From a virus, in the IMG/VR virus record IMGVR_UViG_3300046787_000206, positions 1-64,000 of that record: 64,000 nucleotides of DNA, one strand, 5' to 3'. The notes below the pieces were generated by a model. That model worked only from the letters and a program-made list of their open reading frames with translations. It had not been told where the DNA came from and made no database searches. Position 1 is the first letter of the stretch. Each line of letters opens with the position of its first letter. A program made the position numbers and the translations under genes. Below, one piece after another: positions 5,709 to 14,954 of the stretch.

Positions 5709-7861
5709 TGAGAACCCTGCGCTTATTCGCAGCACTATTCGTAGCATTCGGTTCCTTATTTTTCGCCACTCCCGCACACGCCACAACTCTTGAAGAGTCC
5801 CAGGCAGCACTAGCTGCTGGACAGCAAGAGGTAATTGACGCTACTCAAGCCAAGTTTGACACTGCTGCGCTTGTAGCGTCCGCCAGTCAAGATGTCACGG
5901 ATGCCCAGGCTGCCTACGACACAGCTCACGCTGCAAAGCTTGCAAGTGCAGTAATAACGCCTGCCGTTACTACTTCTGTGGCTCAAGAGCAGGTTATTAA
6001 CGGAACCTTTGACACCGCAAATAACTGGTCAAACATTGGCATGGGGTCGCCTTCTACAGTTCTTAACTCCAACATTGCCCGTGTCTACAACGGAGTGCTC
6101 GTAGGCTCTTACATCTACAACTTTATGTCCCAAACTGGGGCCTTTCCATCCCCAGTTAGGCAAGTTACATTCTCGTATGACATGTCTAACAACAACAATA
6201 ACGATGGAAACCGCCCACAGGCAGATGGCTACCGTGTAGAGTTTCGTACCTATAACGCTGCGGGTCAGCGCCTAAACTACTACAACACTGGCGACCGTGC
6301 AGACATCTTTGGCTGGACGCACTTTACCGCTACCTACACCCTGCCAGATGATGCTGTACGTTGGGACATCGGATTCCGTCTGGTGGACAACGGGTACTGG
6401 AATGGTAACTTCGCTGGAAGCCTAGACAACGTCAGCTTGATTGCTGGGGTAACTACCACTATTCCCGCTGTAACTACTTACGGTGAGACAGAGACTGCCG
6501 CAGATGTTGCGGCTCAAACTGCGCTCACTGTGGCACAGCTTGCTTATAGCTCTGCTGTGGCAGCCGATAATACTGCTCAGGCACGCCTAGACGCCGCTGT
6601 AGCAGCCCTTCCAGGACTAGAGGCGGCAGTTGTTGCGCTGACCCCTGTTCCAGCCCCAGAGCCTACCACAGAGCCTACTCCTACCCCGACTCCTGAGCAG
6701 CCTTGGTGGGCTCAGGAAAATGGTGAGGGAGAAACGGTAACTATCACAGCGCCTGCTGGATGGCAGTTCTACTCCGTGCGGGCATGGTACGGCTCCCCGA
6801 CCGATGCAACTTGTGGTGCAGACGTGTCTTCCGCTCTCGGTGCGCTAATGATTGGTCAAAGCACAGTAACGGTTGCTTTGGATAACGGTACGTTTGGAGA
6901 CCCTTGCGGGGGCGTAGTAAAAGTTACTCGTCTGACTTGGTCAATAGTCTTGAGCCAGCCAGTAGTGCCAGTTGAACCAACGCCAGAACCAACCCCGCAA
7001 CCAACAGTTGAGCCAAGTCCAGCCCCAACAGTGGACCCACAACCCCCAGTGGTGGTAGAACCAACACCAACACCAGAGCCAAGTCCCGAGCCTTCACCAA
7101 TCCCGACCACAGAACCCACCCCAGAACCAACACCAACACCAAGCCCAGCACCTGCACCGTCTCCTTCTCCAGAACCTACTCCTGAGCCTACACCAACACC
7201 TAGCCCTACGCCAGAGCCTACAATAGACCCAGCTCCTACACCGACACCTGAACCGACACCAACTGAAGAGCCAACTCCAACTCCTACCCCTGAGGAGACT
7301 GTTGAACCAACCCCTGAGCCTACCCTTCCACCTGAGGAAGAGCCAGCACCTGCACCTGCGCCGAGCGAGGAACCTGTTGTCGAGCCAAAGCCGAATGAGC
7401 CTGAACCGACACCAGAGCCAAAGCCGAGCCATCCCACCGAAGAATCCTCCGTTGCCCTAATCGAAGACCTCTCTTCGGTTGCTCCTGAGAAGCTTTCGGA
7501 TGCTCAGGTGGAGCAGCTTGTAGAAGCAGCTCTCGTAGTGTTTGAGACTGCTGCACAGGGCTCTCCTGAGTACGAGCAGGCACTAGAGGCATTGGCTGTA
7601 GCTGCTCAGGCAGACGACGAAGAGCTGCCAGCAGAACTAGCCGCTATCCCACTACTGGGTGATGTTGCTGGAGCGGCTCTGGAGTTCTTCAACGACCTAG
7701 GTAACCTAGGTGCTGACATGTCTCCTAAGGAGCGTGCCAAGGCCGAGAAAACTATCGTGGGTGCCGTCATCGTCGGTCAGGTAGCATCTATGGCTACTGC
7801 AGCCGCTGGGGCAGCCGCAGCCTCTGCATCATCCTCCTCCTCAACTAGAAAGATAAAGTAA
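5708..7861 (+). CDS. Exported surface protein: signal peptide, carbohydrate-binding-like domain, SUEL/Gal-lectin-like domain, Pro/Thr/Glu stalk, C-terminal hydrophobic segment
   Basis: AHA signal-peptidase site; WYGSPTDATCG...FGDPCGGVVK; long PEPTP repeat. Confidence 0.7.
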   Translation: MRTLRLFAALFVAFGSLFFATPAHATTLEESQAALAAGQQEVIDATQAKFDTAALVASASQDVTDAQAAYDTAHAAKLASAVITPAVTTSVAQEQVINGTFDTANNWSNIGMGSPSTVLNSNIARVYNGVLVGSYIYNFMSQTGAFPSPVRQVTFSYDMSNNNNNDGNRPQADGYRVEFRTYNAAGQRLNYYNTGDRADIFGWTHFTATYTLPDDAVRWDIGFRLVDNGYWNGNFAGSLDNVSLIAGVTTTIPAVTTYGETETAADVAAQTALTVAQLAYSSAVAADNTAQARLDAAVAALPGLEAAVVALTPVPAPEPTTEPTPTPTPEQPWWAQENGEGETVTITAPAGWQFYSVRAWYGSPTDATCGADVSSALGALMIGQSTVTVALDNGTFGDPCGGVVKVTRLTWSIVLSQPVVPVEPTPEPTPQPTVEPSPAPTVDPQPPVVVEPTPTPEPSPEPSPIPTTEPTPEPTPTPSPAPAPSPSPEPTPEPTPTPSPTPEPTIDPAPTPTPEPTPTEEPTPTPTPEETVEPTPEPTLPPEEEPAPAPAPSEEPVVEPKPNEPEPTPEPKPSHPTEESSVALIEDLSSVAPEKLSDAQVEQLVEAALVVFETAAQGSPEYEQALEALAVAAQADDEELPAELAAIPLLGDVAGAALEFFNDLGNLGADMSPKERAKAEKTIVGAVIVGQVASMATAAAGAAAASASSSSSTRKIK
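6958..7440 (+). repeat. Degenerate PEPTP-coding low-complexity repeat
   Basis: About 160 codons of P/T/E/S repeats. Confidence 0.9.
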
Positions 7862-8049
7862 TGAAGAAACTATGGAAAGGCGTCGTCACTGTCGTCCGTG
7901 ACATCATCGACCAGGCTTGGACCCTCCTTGGAATGGTCGTGGCTTGGTTGGTTTTAGAGGGTTCAGCACGAGATGTTGTTGGTAACCTTATTGTCATAAC
8001 GCTATTTATTTGGGTCATCACATACCGACTACGCAACCCTAAAGAATAA
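7861..8049 (+). CDS. Small two-TM membrane protein
   Basis: 62 aa hydrophobic; TAATG coupling. Confidence 0.7.
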   Translation: MKKLWKGVVTVVRDIIDQAWTLLGMVVAWLVLEGSARDVVGNLIVITLFIWVITYRLRNPKE

Positions 8050-8066
8050 CTAGACTAAGGATTATC

Positions 8067-8549
8067 ATGGCTTTTACTCCATGGAAACTACCATTCCCTG
8101 AAAAAAAGGTAACAGAACACTACGGTGAGATGAGTGACTTCCGTAAGAAAAACAAAATGCAGCCTCACTCGGGTACTGACTGGGCACAGCCTGGTGGGAC
8201 CAAGATTCCAGCCGTAGGTAACGGCCGAATCAAGTTTGTCGGAGAATCTAAGATTCTCGGTAATGTAATCGTCCAGTCTATTGCCGATAAAGAAGGCAAC
8301 ATCTGGTACATCGGTTACTGCCACCTGCAGAAGGTTCCAACTCTCAAGGTTGGCGACCCAATCAAGGTTGGCGAGACTATCGGTCTTGTCGGAACCACTG
8401 GCTCTGCATCTAGCGGAAACCACCTTCACGCCACCGCTAGCCGCAAGGTTAAGGGCGTATTTGGTGTCACCACTGACAAGGTTGACCTTGTCAAGCTAAC
8501 TAACAAGAACTCAACCCCTGTAGCTCCTGCTGCTGGAAAGGTGGCTTAA
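8067..8549 (+). CDS. M23 peptidase, probable endolysin
   Basis: HSGTD, YCHL and HLH zinc motifs; flanked by membrane proteins. Confidence 0.88.
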   Translation: MAFTPWKLPFPEKKVTEHYGEMSDFRKKNKMQPHSGTDWAQPGGTKIPAVGNGRIKFVGESKILGNVIVQSIADKEGNIWYIGYCHLQKVPTLKVGDPIKVGETIGLVGTTGSASSGNHLHATASRKVKGVFGVTTDKVDLVKLTNKNSTPVAPAAGKVA

Positions 8550-8551
8550 TA

Positions 8552-8944
8552 ATGAAGCCTCTAGTAAAACAGATTATCGCTCGTGCGATTGGTCTCCTGT
8601 TCGCAACCTTCTTCGCTGGTACTGGTGTTGGTGCAATTGCTACCAACGGTGACTGGGTACTAGGTTCACTTATCGGTGTTGGTTCAGCATTCGCTGTTGT
8701 ACTAACTACTATCGGTGTAACCCTTGCTTGGTCAGGTACTCTTGACGCACAGGACATCGCTAATGCGTTTCGAGCCGCTGTGGCTAAAGCCGCAGAAGGA
8801 AACGAAAACCTCGAAGCAGCCTTGAAGGTTGAAGAGGACGGGGACTTCACTTTCGAAGACGTCAACTGGGATTCAGATGACGAACTAGACGGTGAAGACG
8901 ACGACGACGACGCCCTAGTAACACCAGGCGAAGACGCCAAGTAA
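8552..8944 (+). CDS. Holin-like membrane protein with acidic tail
   Basis: Two TM helices directly after endolysin. Confidence 0.65.
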   Translation: MKPLVKQIIARAIGLLFATFFAGTGVGAIATNGDWVLGSLIGVGSAFAVVLTTIGVTLAWSGTLDAQDIANAFRAAVAKAAEGNENLEAALKVEEDGDFTFEDVNWDSDDELDGEDDDDDALVTPGEDAK

Positions 8945-9126
8945 TGATTCCACGTAAGGTCGCAGTACCGAACAACCGTCAATCGGTTGCTTCGGTCACT
9001 GCGCCTTATCGAGGTGCTGCGTATGACAAAGCACCTAGCAATAAGCCATCGGTCCTAAGTTGGGCACAGGCAGGTCGCCAGAACTCGGAAGGGTTCGGTG
9101 GAGGCCGTCTTATTGGAGGAAAATAA
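8944..9126 (+). CDS. Hypothetical protein
   Basis: 60 aa; TAATG coupling. Confidence 0.6.
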   Translation: MIPRKVAVPNNRQSVASVTAPYRGAAYDKAPSNKPSVLSWAQAGRQNSEGFGGGRLIGGK

Positions 9127-9283
9127 GAACTACAGTTACTGCCCATAAAAGGAGTGTGCCTGTATCTCCGAAGACCCGCAGCTTTCGAGCTAGCGGGTCT
9201 TTGGAGTTTTTGGCCAACCAGTGTAGGAAAGTCATGAATAAAGTGCAGAGTAATGCTGCGGAACCAAAAATCAACGTAAGCAT
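9110..9283 (-). CDS. Small antisense two-TM membrane protein (57 aa)
   Basis: MLTLIFGSAALL...LLLWAVTVVLIFLQ; TATAGT box 6 nt before ATG 9283. Confidence 0.6.
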   Translation of the reverse strand: MLTLIFGSAALLCTLFMTFLHWLAKNSKDPLARKLRVFGDTGTLLLWAVTVVLIFLQ

Positions 9284-9345
9284 ACTATGACTATACACGA
9301 ACAATAGCGGACAATTAGAAGAGTTTATTTTCTCTAGGAGTCTTT

Positions 9346-9696
9346 GTGGACCAAACCCTCGCAGCCATCCTTGGCACTAGTACGCTAATCGTTGCTATCA
9401 CTGGGGCACTACTGGGCCTTCGAAGCATAATCCTTCCTGTATGGAAGCGCTTCAAGTTGTTCATGGACAAGTGGGACATGTTCATGACGGACTGGGAGGG
9501 GGAGCCTTCACGCAAGGGGCGTGGACGAGTTCCTGGAGTTATGGAGCGCTTAAATAAACTAGATGGTGAGCTCAGCCATAATGGAGGTTCCTCCATAAAA
9601 GACGCTGTAAAGCGGATTGAGACCAAACTAGTCGAGATTGATGAGAGACTAGAAGAAGGCACACGTCGCTTCGAACAGATTGAGAAGAGCAAATAA
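9346..9696 (+). CDS. Membrane-anchored coiled-coil protein typical of actinophage lysis regions
   Basis: N-terminal TM; HNGGSSIKDAVKRIE motif. Confidence 0.7.
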   Translation: MDQTLAAILGTSTLIVAITGALLGLRSIILPVWKRFKLFMDKWDMFMTDWEGEPSRKGRGRVPGVMERLNKLDGELSHNGGSSIKDAVKRIETKLVEIDERLEEGTRRFEQIEKSK

Positions 9697-10226
9697 TGGA
9701 CGGTAGACCATACATCATTCCTTCTAAGGGAATCGATGCCCCAAGTCTTTCAAAGACTAACTATGGCGAGAAGCTGGGCGGCAAGATTAAGAAGGGCATG
9801 ACTGTCCTAGCCAAGGCGCACGCTGGAGACGTCAAGGAACGTAAAGCCAAAGCTGTTGCTCACGCCAAGAGCGTGGAGTTTTTGGCTAGTGCAGACGCAC
9901 GTGGGCAGATGGAGCGTAGCGGTAAAGCAGCGCCTCAGTACAAATCTTCTAAGATTAACCAGCCTCACCTAGATGCTAAAGCTGGCCTTGATAAAGCTAA
10001 GTCAAATGCTAGTAGCTTTCCTTCATCACCTATGGTGAACCGACCTAGTGGTGGCTCACCAGTCATCTCTTCTTATGGAAAGAACTCCCGAGGTCGCCGT
10101 GTAGTAGCTCCACAGGGAGCTCCAGGGGCCGCAACTGCTAAGCGAGTTCCTAAGCGAGCGACAGGTACGTTTGCTCCACGACCAGGCCACGGAGGCCAAA
10201 GCGGAGCCCAATTCCGTTCTTTGTAA
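9696..10226 (+). CDS. Basic hypothetical protein
   Basis: 176 aa K/R-rich, coupled. Confidence 0.65.
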   Translation: MDGRPYIIPSKGIDAPSLSKTNYGEKLGGKIKKGMTVLAKAHAGDVKERKAKAVAHAKSVEFLASADARGQMERSGKAAPQYKSSKINQPHLDAKAGLDKAKSNASSFPSSPMVNRPSGGSPVISSYGKNSRGRRVVAPQGAPGAATAKRVPKRATGTFAPRPGHGGQSGAQFRSL

Positions 10227-10285
10227 TTAGCCTTACAAATTGACGAAAATACGTCAAGCTCGTATTAGAACTTAAGGAGTTAATC

Positions 10286-10555
10286 ATGGCCACATGCGCA
10301 AACTGCACTAACACAGCGCTATACACATACCAGGTAACCGAGGACTTCGGCATTGACTACTGTCAGTACCACCTACCTACTTTCCTGTCTAAGCTAAAGT
10401 ACACAGGGGCTTTGAAGCCTAAGGCTGTAGAACCTGTGGTTGAGGTCAAGGCTCCGAAGAAGAAGTCTTCAACACCAGTTGTTGAAGAGCCAGTTGTTGA
10501 AGAAGCCCCAGTTGTTGAGGTTGCTCCAGCAGAAGAGGCTCCAGTAGGCGAATAA
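10286..10555 (+). CDS. Hypothetical protein with N-terminal Cys/His motif
   Basis: CANC...YCQYH; AAGGAG RBS. Confidence 0.7.
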   Translation: MATCANCTNTALYTYQVTEDFGIDYCQYHLPTFLSKLKYTGALKPKAVEPVVEVKAPKKKSSTPVVEEPVVEEAPVVEVAPAEEAPVGE

Positions 10556-10797
10556 TGCCTATTGTACGCAAGTTTGCCGTACAGGGACACGCAGTTCCTC
10601 ACGGCTACCAACGACCACTCGGACCATTCCCAGCAGAGATTTTAAGACAATCTCCTGTTGTATATGAGAACTCCGAACACACCGACTCCTTACACGAAGC
10701 ACTAGACGATGTACGCATGTTTCGATGCAGAGATTGTCGAGATGTACTGTACGAGGATGAGCTCGACCTTCACGTATGTGAGGACGAGGAAGAATAG
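10555..10797 (+). CDS. Zinc-finger-like hypothetical protein
   Basis: CRDC...HVC. Confidence 0.7.
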   Translation: MPIVRKFAVQGHAVPHGYQRPLGPFPAEILRQSPVVYENSEHTDSLHEALDDVRMFRCRDCRDVLYEDELDLHVCEDEEE

Positions 10798-10847
10798 ATT
10801 TCCCCGTGCACGGGAAAGTTACAAATCACTCTAGAGAAAGATAAATC

Positions 10848-11288
10848 ATGGCAGTAAATGAAAACGGAAACCTCGTCGATGACGCAGGTAACGTAGCTGT
10901 TGACTTCGTGTGGGGAAACTTCCCACTACAGCCAAACGACGTACGTGTTGAGAACGGTGGAGCAGTCCTAGACTTCGCACTTGACAACCACGTAATCGCA
11001 GAAGCTGGATGGAACGGCTACCCACTGTACACCCCAAACACTGACGGCGAGTTTGTGTCGGGAGTTGCTTACGCAACCGTACCTAACCTAGTTGGCAAGA
11101 CTGAGGCTCGTGCAACCGCACTCCTAGTTGACGCTGGCCTAGTTATCGGAACCGTAACTACCACCGCTACTGGCGCAACCGCTGACAACAACGGCAAGGT
11201 TAAGACCCAGTCTATTGCCGCTGGTGCTGACAGCATCGCCCTAGGCACCGCAGTTAACGCAGTTCTATACGCTTACGTAGCTCCGTAA
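10848..11288 (+). CDS. PASTA-domain protein
   Basis: VPNLVGKTEARATALLVDAGL...GKVKTQS PASTA pattern. Confidence 0.75.
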   Translation: MAVNENGNLVDDAGNVAVDFVWGNFPLQPNDVRVENGGAVLDFALDNHVIAEAGWNGYPLYTPNTDGEFVSGVAYATVPNLVGKTEARATALLVDAGLVIGTVTTTATGATADNNGKVKTQSIAAGADSIALGTAVNAVLYAYVAP

Positions 11289-11294
11289 TAACTA

Positions 11295-12023
11295 ATGGCT
11301 ATTCCAGCTGGGCCGTCTAACTCCTCAAGTAGATACATGTCGAAAGAGGAGTTAGCGGCGCAGACTGGGGGCATCCTCTCCAACAACCCAGGCCTTAGCT
11401 ACGACCGTAGAACTAGTCAGGGGCGTGCAGCAGGACGTGTGTTTAACGATGTGCTCAGTGAACTAGATATTAAGACTGGCCTCCAAGGTGCAGGCGATTT
11501 TTACTATGGGGAGCAAAAAGGCTACGGAGTACAGGAAGAGCTAGAAAACGATAGCAACCTTCCAACCTTTGTAGAGTATGACATCCCTACATCTTCCACT
11601 AACTACAGCCGTCCACGTACAGTAGCCGCTGGGTATGACCCAAGCCGTGAGACCTTGACTGTAGTCTTTCGTGATGGAACAGTGTACAACTACTATCAGA
11701 TTACTAAAGAAGAATGGCTAGCGTTCTATGCCTCATTCTCCAAAGGTAAGCACTGGCTAAACTCTAAAAACTCTAAGCAGTCTTACGATGGCGTGTTCCT
11801 CGACCGACCACGTGGTGATGCAGACGTCGCTAACTTAGACCCACGAATTCTAGAAGCTATCTATAGAGTAGCTAGAACAACACAGATTCTTCAGACCAAG
11901 GTTACTCACACAAAGCTTCAAGCCCGCCCGATTACCGCTAAGGTCGGTAAGACCTACGCAGGGCAGAACCCGTCAAGAGGCGGAACCAACCCCTTCAAAC
12001 AACGCAAACCACGCAGTAAATAG
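11295..12023 (+). CDS. KTSC-domain protein
   Basis: GYDPSRETLTVVFRDGTVYNYYQI...SKGK. Confidence 0.75.
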   Translation: MAIPAGPSNSSSRYMSKEELAAQTGGILSNNPGLSYDRRTSQGRAAGRVFNDVLSELDIKTGLQGAGDFYYGEQKGYGVQEELENDSNLPTFVEYDIPTSSTNYSRPRTVAAGYDPSRETLTVVFRDGTVYNYYQITKEEWLAFYASFSKGKHWLNSKNSKQSYDGVFLDRPRGDADVANLDPRILEAIYRVARTTQILQTKVTHTKLQARPITAKVGKTYAGQNPSRGGTNPFKQRKPRSK

Positions 12024-12029
12024 GAACAC

Positions 12030-12350
12030 ATGCCCAAGGTACACAACATCGGAAAAAAACACTTCGTACAATACTTCAGACTTCCAGCTGACTGGAAGGG
12101 CAAGTTTATGGTCCGTGGAGAGACGCAAGAAATTGAAGAACCCTTTCGCACTTCTAATCCACTTATGCTGAGACTTCCGTTTTATAGGGTATTAGTCTTG
12201 GGTAAGTGGACTGGCTACCAGCCAGATGAGGAAACCGCACTCAGCAGTGCGATGCAAGGACGGGTACTAAAAGATGAAGATTTTCAAGAAGGCTGGACAG
12301 CCCCAGCGTACAAAACTCCAAACGAGGATATCTGGGATTGGGACGTCTGA
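12030..12350 (+). CDS. Hypothetical protein
   Basis: 106 aa ORF. Confidence 0.65.
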   Translation: MPKVHNIGKKHFVQYFRLPADWKGKFMVRGETQEIEEPFRTSNPLMLRLPFYRVLVLGKWTGYQPDEETALSSAMQGRVLKDEDFQEGWTAPAYKTPNEDIWDWDV

Positions 12351-12510
12351 GCTCGTAATTTGGGCCGAGAACTCCCTCTCTGAGATTGGCCGCAACGTTG
12401 CAGGCCTTGGAGAAAAAACCTTTGAACGATACGCAGAGGCTGAGATAGCTGCTGAAGCACTGCTCGCTATCTGCCAGGAGCTAAAGAAACGGTCATCAGA
12501 TGTTCTCTGA
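12274..12510 (+). CDS. Hypothetical protein upstream of terminase
   Basis: Helical 78 aa ORF fills the gap; 77 bp overlap with previous gene. Confidence 0.55.
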   Translation: MKIFKKAGQPQRTKLQTRISGIGTSELVIWAENSLSEIGRNVAGLGEKTFERYAEAEIAAEALLAICQELKKRSSDVL

Positions 12511-14101
12511 GAATGAAGAATACGAAGAAGACGATAAGTTCGAGGAGATTACTCCCGAATACTTCCAAGAAGAGCATGAGTCTCCTCTACCTGAAGACGA
12601 CACGGATGACGTTGACGAGCTTACTCAGGAATTTGTAAATAGGCTTATAGATAAGCTGTTTACTTTCATGGAAGTTCTGGTAGGCCACAAACTTCACCCA
12701 TACCAAAAGCCGTTGTCTAGGCGCATCATGGAGTCTGTAATCATTGGTGACGGCCAGGAAGTCACAGCTCTTGCGGCTCGTCAGTCAGGTAAGTCAGAGG
12801 TCATTGCTAATACAGTAGCCACGTTGATGATTATGCTTCCTATTCTGGCAAAGATGTACCCAGAGCTACTAGGAAAGTTTAAGAACGGCCTATGGGTAGG
12901 TTTGTTTGCCCCTACAGAAGGCCAGGCAGAAACCCTGTTCTCTCGTACCGTTACTCGTCTCACTTCTGAGGCAGCTCAAGCTATTCTCCAGGACCCTGAG
13001 ATTGACGACGTTGCCGCCAAGATTGCTGGAGTTACCAAGACAGTAAAGCTCAAGCGCCTTGGCTCTACTATGACCATGATGACGGCCAACCCTCGTGCAA
13101 AGATTGAGTCTAAGTCTTTCCACCTTGTAGTTATCGATGAGTGCCAGGAAGCTGATGACTTTATTGTTAACAAGTCAATCGCTCCGATGATGGCGTACTA
13201 TGCGGGAACCATGGTTAAGACTGGTACCCCTACAACTTCTAAGAACAACTTCTATAAGTCTATTCAACTTAACAAGCGCATCCAGACGGGTAGAGGAAAG
13301 CGTCAGAACCACTTCCAGTGGGACTGGCGTGAGGTCGCAAAGATTAACCCAGACTATGCAACTCACATTAAGAAAGAGATGCTTCGTATCGGAGAGGACT
13401 CTGATGAGTTTCAGATGTCGTACAACTGCAAATGGCTTCTTGAACGAGGTATGTTTATTACGTCTGGCCTCATGGATGAGCTTGGTGATACTAGTCAAGA
13501 GCTTGTCAAAGTCTGGCACAAAACTCCAGTTGTTGTCGGAGTCGACCCTGCTCGAAAGATGGACTCCACAGTTGTCACGGTGGTATGGGTTGACTGGGAC
13601 CGTCCTGATGAGTTCGGCTATTTCGACCACCGTATCCTCAACTGGCTGGAACTACAGGGCGACGACTGGGAAGAGCAGTACTTCCAGATAGTCAACTTCC
13701 TGTCTAACTATGACGTACTGGCTGTCGGAGTAGACGGTAACGGTGTCGGTGACGCAGTAGCTCAGCGACTCAAGATTCTTCTCCCTCGTGCAGAAGTAGT
13801 GGCTGTGACCTCGTCTCCTACAGAGCAGTCTAAGCGCTTCAAGCATTTGCAGGCACTCATTCAGCGCCGTTCACTATCCTTCCCGTCACACGCTAAGACC
13901 CGTCGTCTTCGTGTATGGAAGCGGTTCTATCAGCAGATGACTGACGCTGAGATTCAGTACAAGGGACCGAACTTTATGGTCGCTGCCCCTGACGAGGCTT
14001 ACGCTCACGATGACTTCGTTGACTCGCTGTCAATTGCCTGCTCTCTAACGCAGGAGCTGGTAATGCCGTCGGTAGAAGTTTCTTCGAATGTTTTCTTTTA
14101 G
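12500..14101 (+). CDS. terL: Terminase large subunit
   Basis: ARQSGKS Walker A, VVIDE Walker B, TGTP, GVDPA nuclease, HDDFVDS. Confidence 0.96.
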   Translation: MFSENEEYEEDDKFEEITPEYFQEEHESPLPEDDTDDVDELTQEFVNRLIDKLFTFMEVLVGHKLHPYQKPLSRRIMESVIIGDGQEVTALAARQSGKSEVIANTVATLMIMLPILAKMYPELLGKFKNGLWVGLFAPTEGQAETLFSRTVTRLTSEAAQAILQDPEIDDVAAKIAGVTKTVKLKRLGSTMTMMTANPRAKIESKSFHLVVIDECQEADDFIVNKSIAPMMAYYAGTMVKTGTPTTSKNNFYKSIQLNKRIQTGRGKRQNHFQWDWREVAKINPDYATHIKKEMLRIGEDSDEFQMSYNCKWLLERGMFITSGLMDELGDTSQELVKVWHKTPVVVGVDPARKMDSTVVTVVWVDWDRPDEFGYFDHRILNWLELQGDDWEEQYFQIVNFLSNYDVLAVGVDGNGVGDAVAQRLKILLPRAEVVAVTSSPTEQSKRFKHLQALIQRRSLSFPSHAKTRRLRVWKRFYQQMTDAEIQYKGPNFMVAAPDEAYAHDDFVDSLSIACSLTQELVMPSVEVSSNVFF

Positions 14102-14182
14102 CCTGACATACCCCCTGTAAATACCTCACACTAATTAGTGGAAATAGTCGACTTTTCCATCTCTAATTTTAAGGAGTCCCCC

Positions 14183-14578
14183 ATGGGTCTAGCCCCAGCA
14201 CCTCAGTTCCCTGAGAAGGCACCACAGGCTTACGAGCGCAAGATGGCATCAAACGTTGAGCGCCGTGGTCCACTACGTTTCGAAGAGGGTGTCGCTACTG
14301 ACACTGACGTTCCAAACGACTTCCAGGTTGGCGTACAGAACGGCTTTGCAGCCGCTGCTGGTCGCCCAAACCGCAACGCTCCAGTATGGCAGAAGCCTGC
14401 TGCTGAGACCCTATCTGAGCGTGCTCACGTAGGTTCAGCTTCATGGATTGAAGCACCAACATTCCTTGGTGAGTTCTCACACGGCTCGTTCTCACAGAAC
14501 GCAGAGCAGACTGTTGAGACCAAGGTTGTTTCGGGTGGACGCACTCAGCGTCTAAACCCAACAGTCGTAAACGACTAA
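14183..14578 (+). CDS. Hypothetical protein between terminase and portal
   Basis: AAGGAG RBS before ATG 14183; highly biased codons. Confidence 0.75.
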   Translation: MGLAPAPQFPEKAPQAYERKMASNVERRGPLRFEEGVATDTDVPNDFQVGVQNGFAAAAGRPNRNAPVWQKPAAETLSERAHVGSASWIEAPTFLGEFSHGSFSQNAEQTVETKVVSGGRTQRLNPTVVND

Positions 14579-14593
14579 TTAACTGTTTAGCAA

Positions 14594-14629
14594 CCCAACC
14601 TCACTCTTACTTTATAGAGTGGGGTTGGG
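14594..14629 (+). terminator. Hairpin (terminator or processing site)
   Basis: CCCAACCTCACTCT/AGAGTGGGGTTGGG. Confidence 0.5.
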
Positions 14630-14651
14630 TGTTAACAGTAGAGGAGTTCTG

Positions 14652-14954
14652 ATGGCAGACACGCCAGTTAACGAAAAGCTATACGCAATGGTTGTTGCGC
14701 AAGCTAAGGCTAAGTACACAACTTACCCATCCCCAGGTGCCTCGCACTGGGTTCACCGCCGCTATCTAGAGCTAGGCGGTCGTTTTGAAGACACCTCTGA
14801 GATTTCTCGCAAAGAGAAGCTTGTTAAGCGCATGATGGAAAACCGTATGCTAGAAAAGCGTGGACACGGTGACCACAGTGCTAAGAACGACGAAAAAAAG
14901 CACAAAGAGCGTACAGGTTACGACAAGGACAAGAAGAAGCACGGGGATAAGTAA
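14652..14954 (+). CDS. Hypothetical protein with basic tail
   Basis: GAGGAG RBS before ATG 14652; coupled to portal. Confidence 0.7.
   Translation: MADTPVNEKLYAMVVAQAKAKYTTYPSPGASHWVHRRYLELGGRFEDTSEISRKEKLVKRMMENRMLEKRGHGDHSAKNDEKKHKERTGYDKDKKKHGDK

Noticed and set aside
6856-7592. Minus-strand Gly/Val/Ser- and Arg/Trp-rich ORFs
   Set aside because: Shadows of the PEPTP repeat
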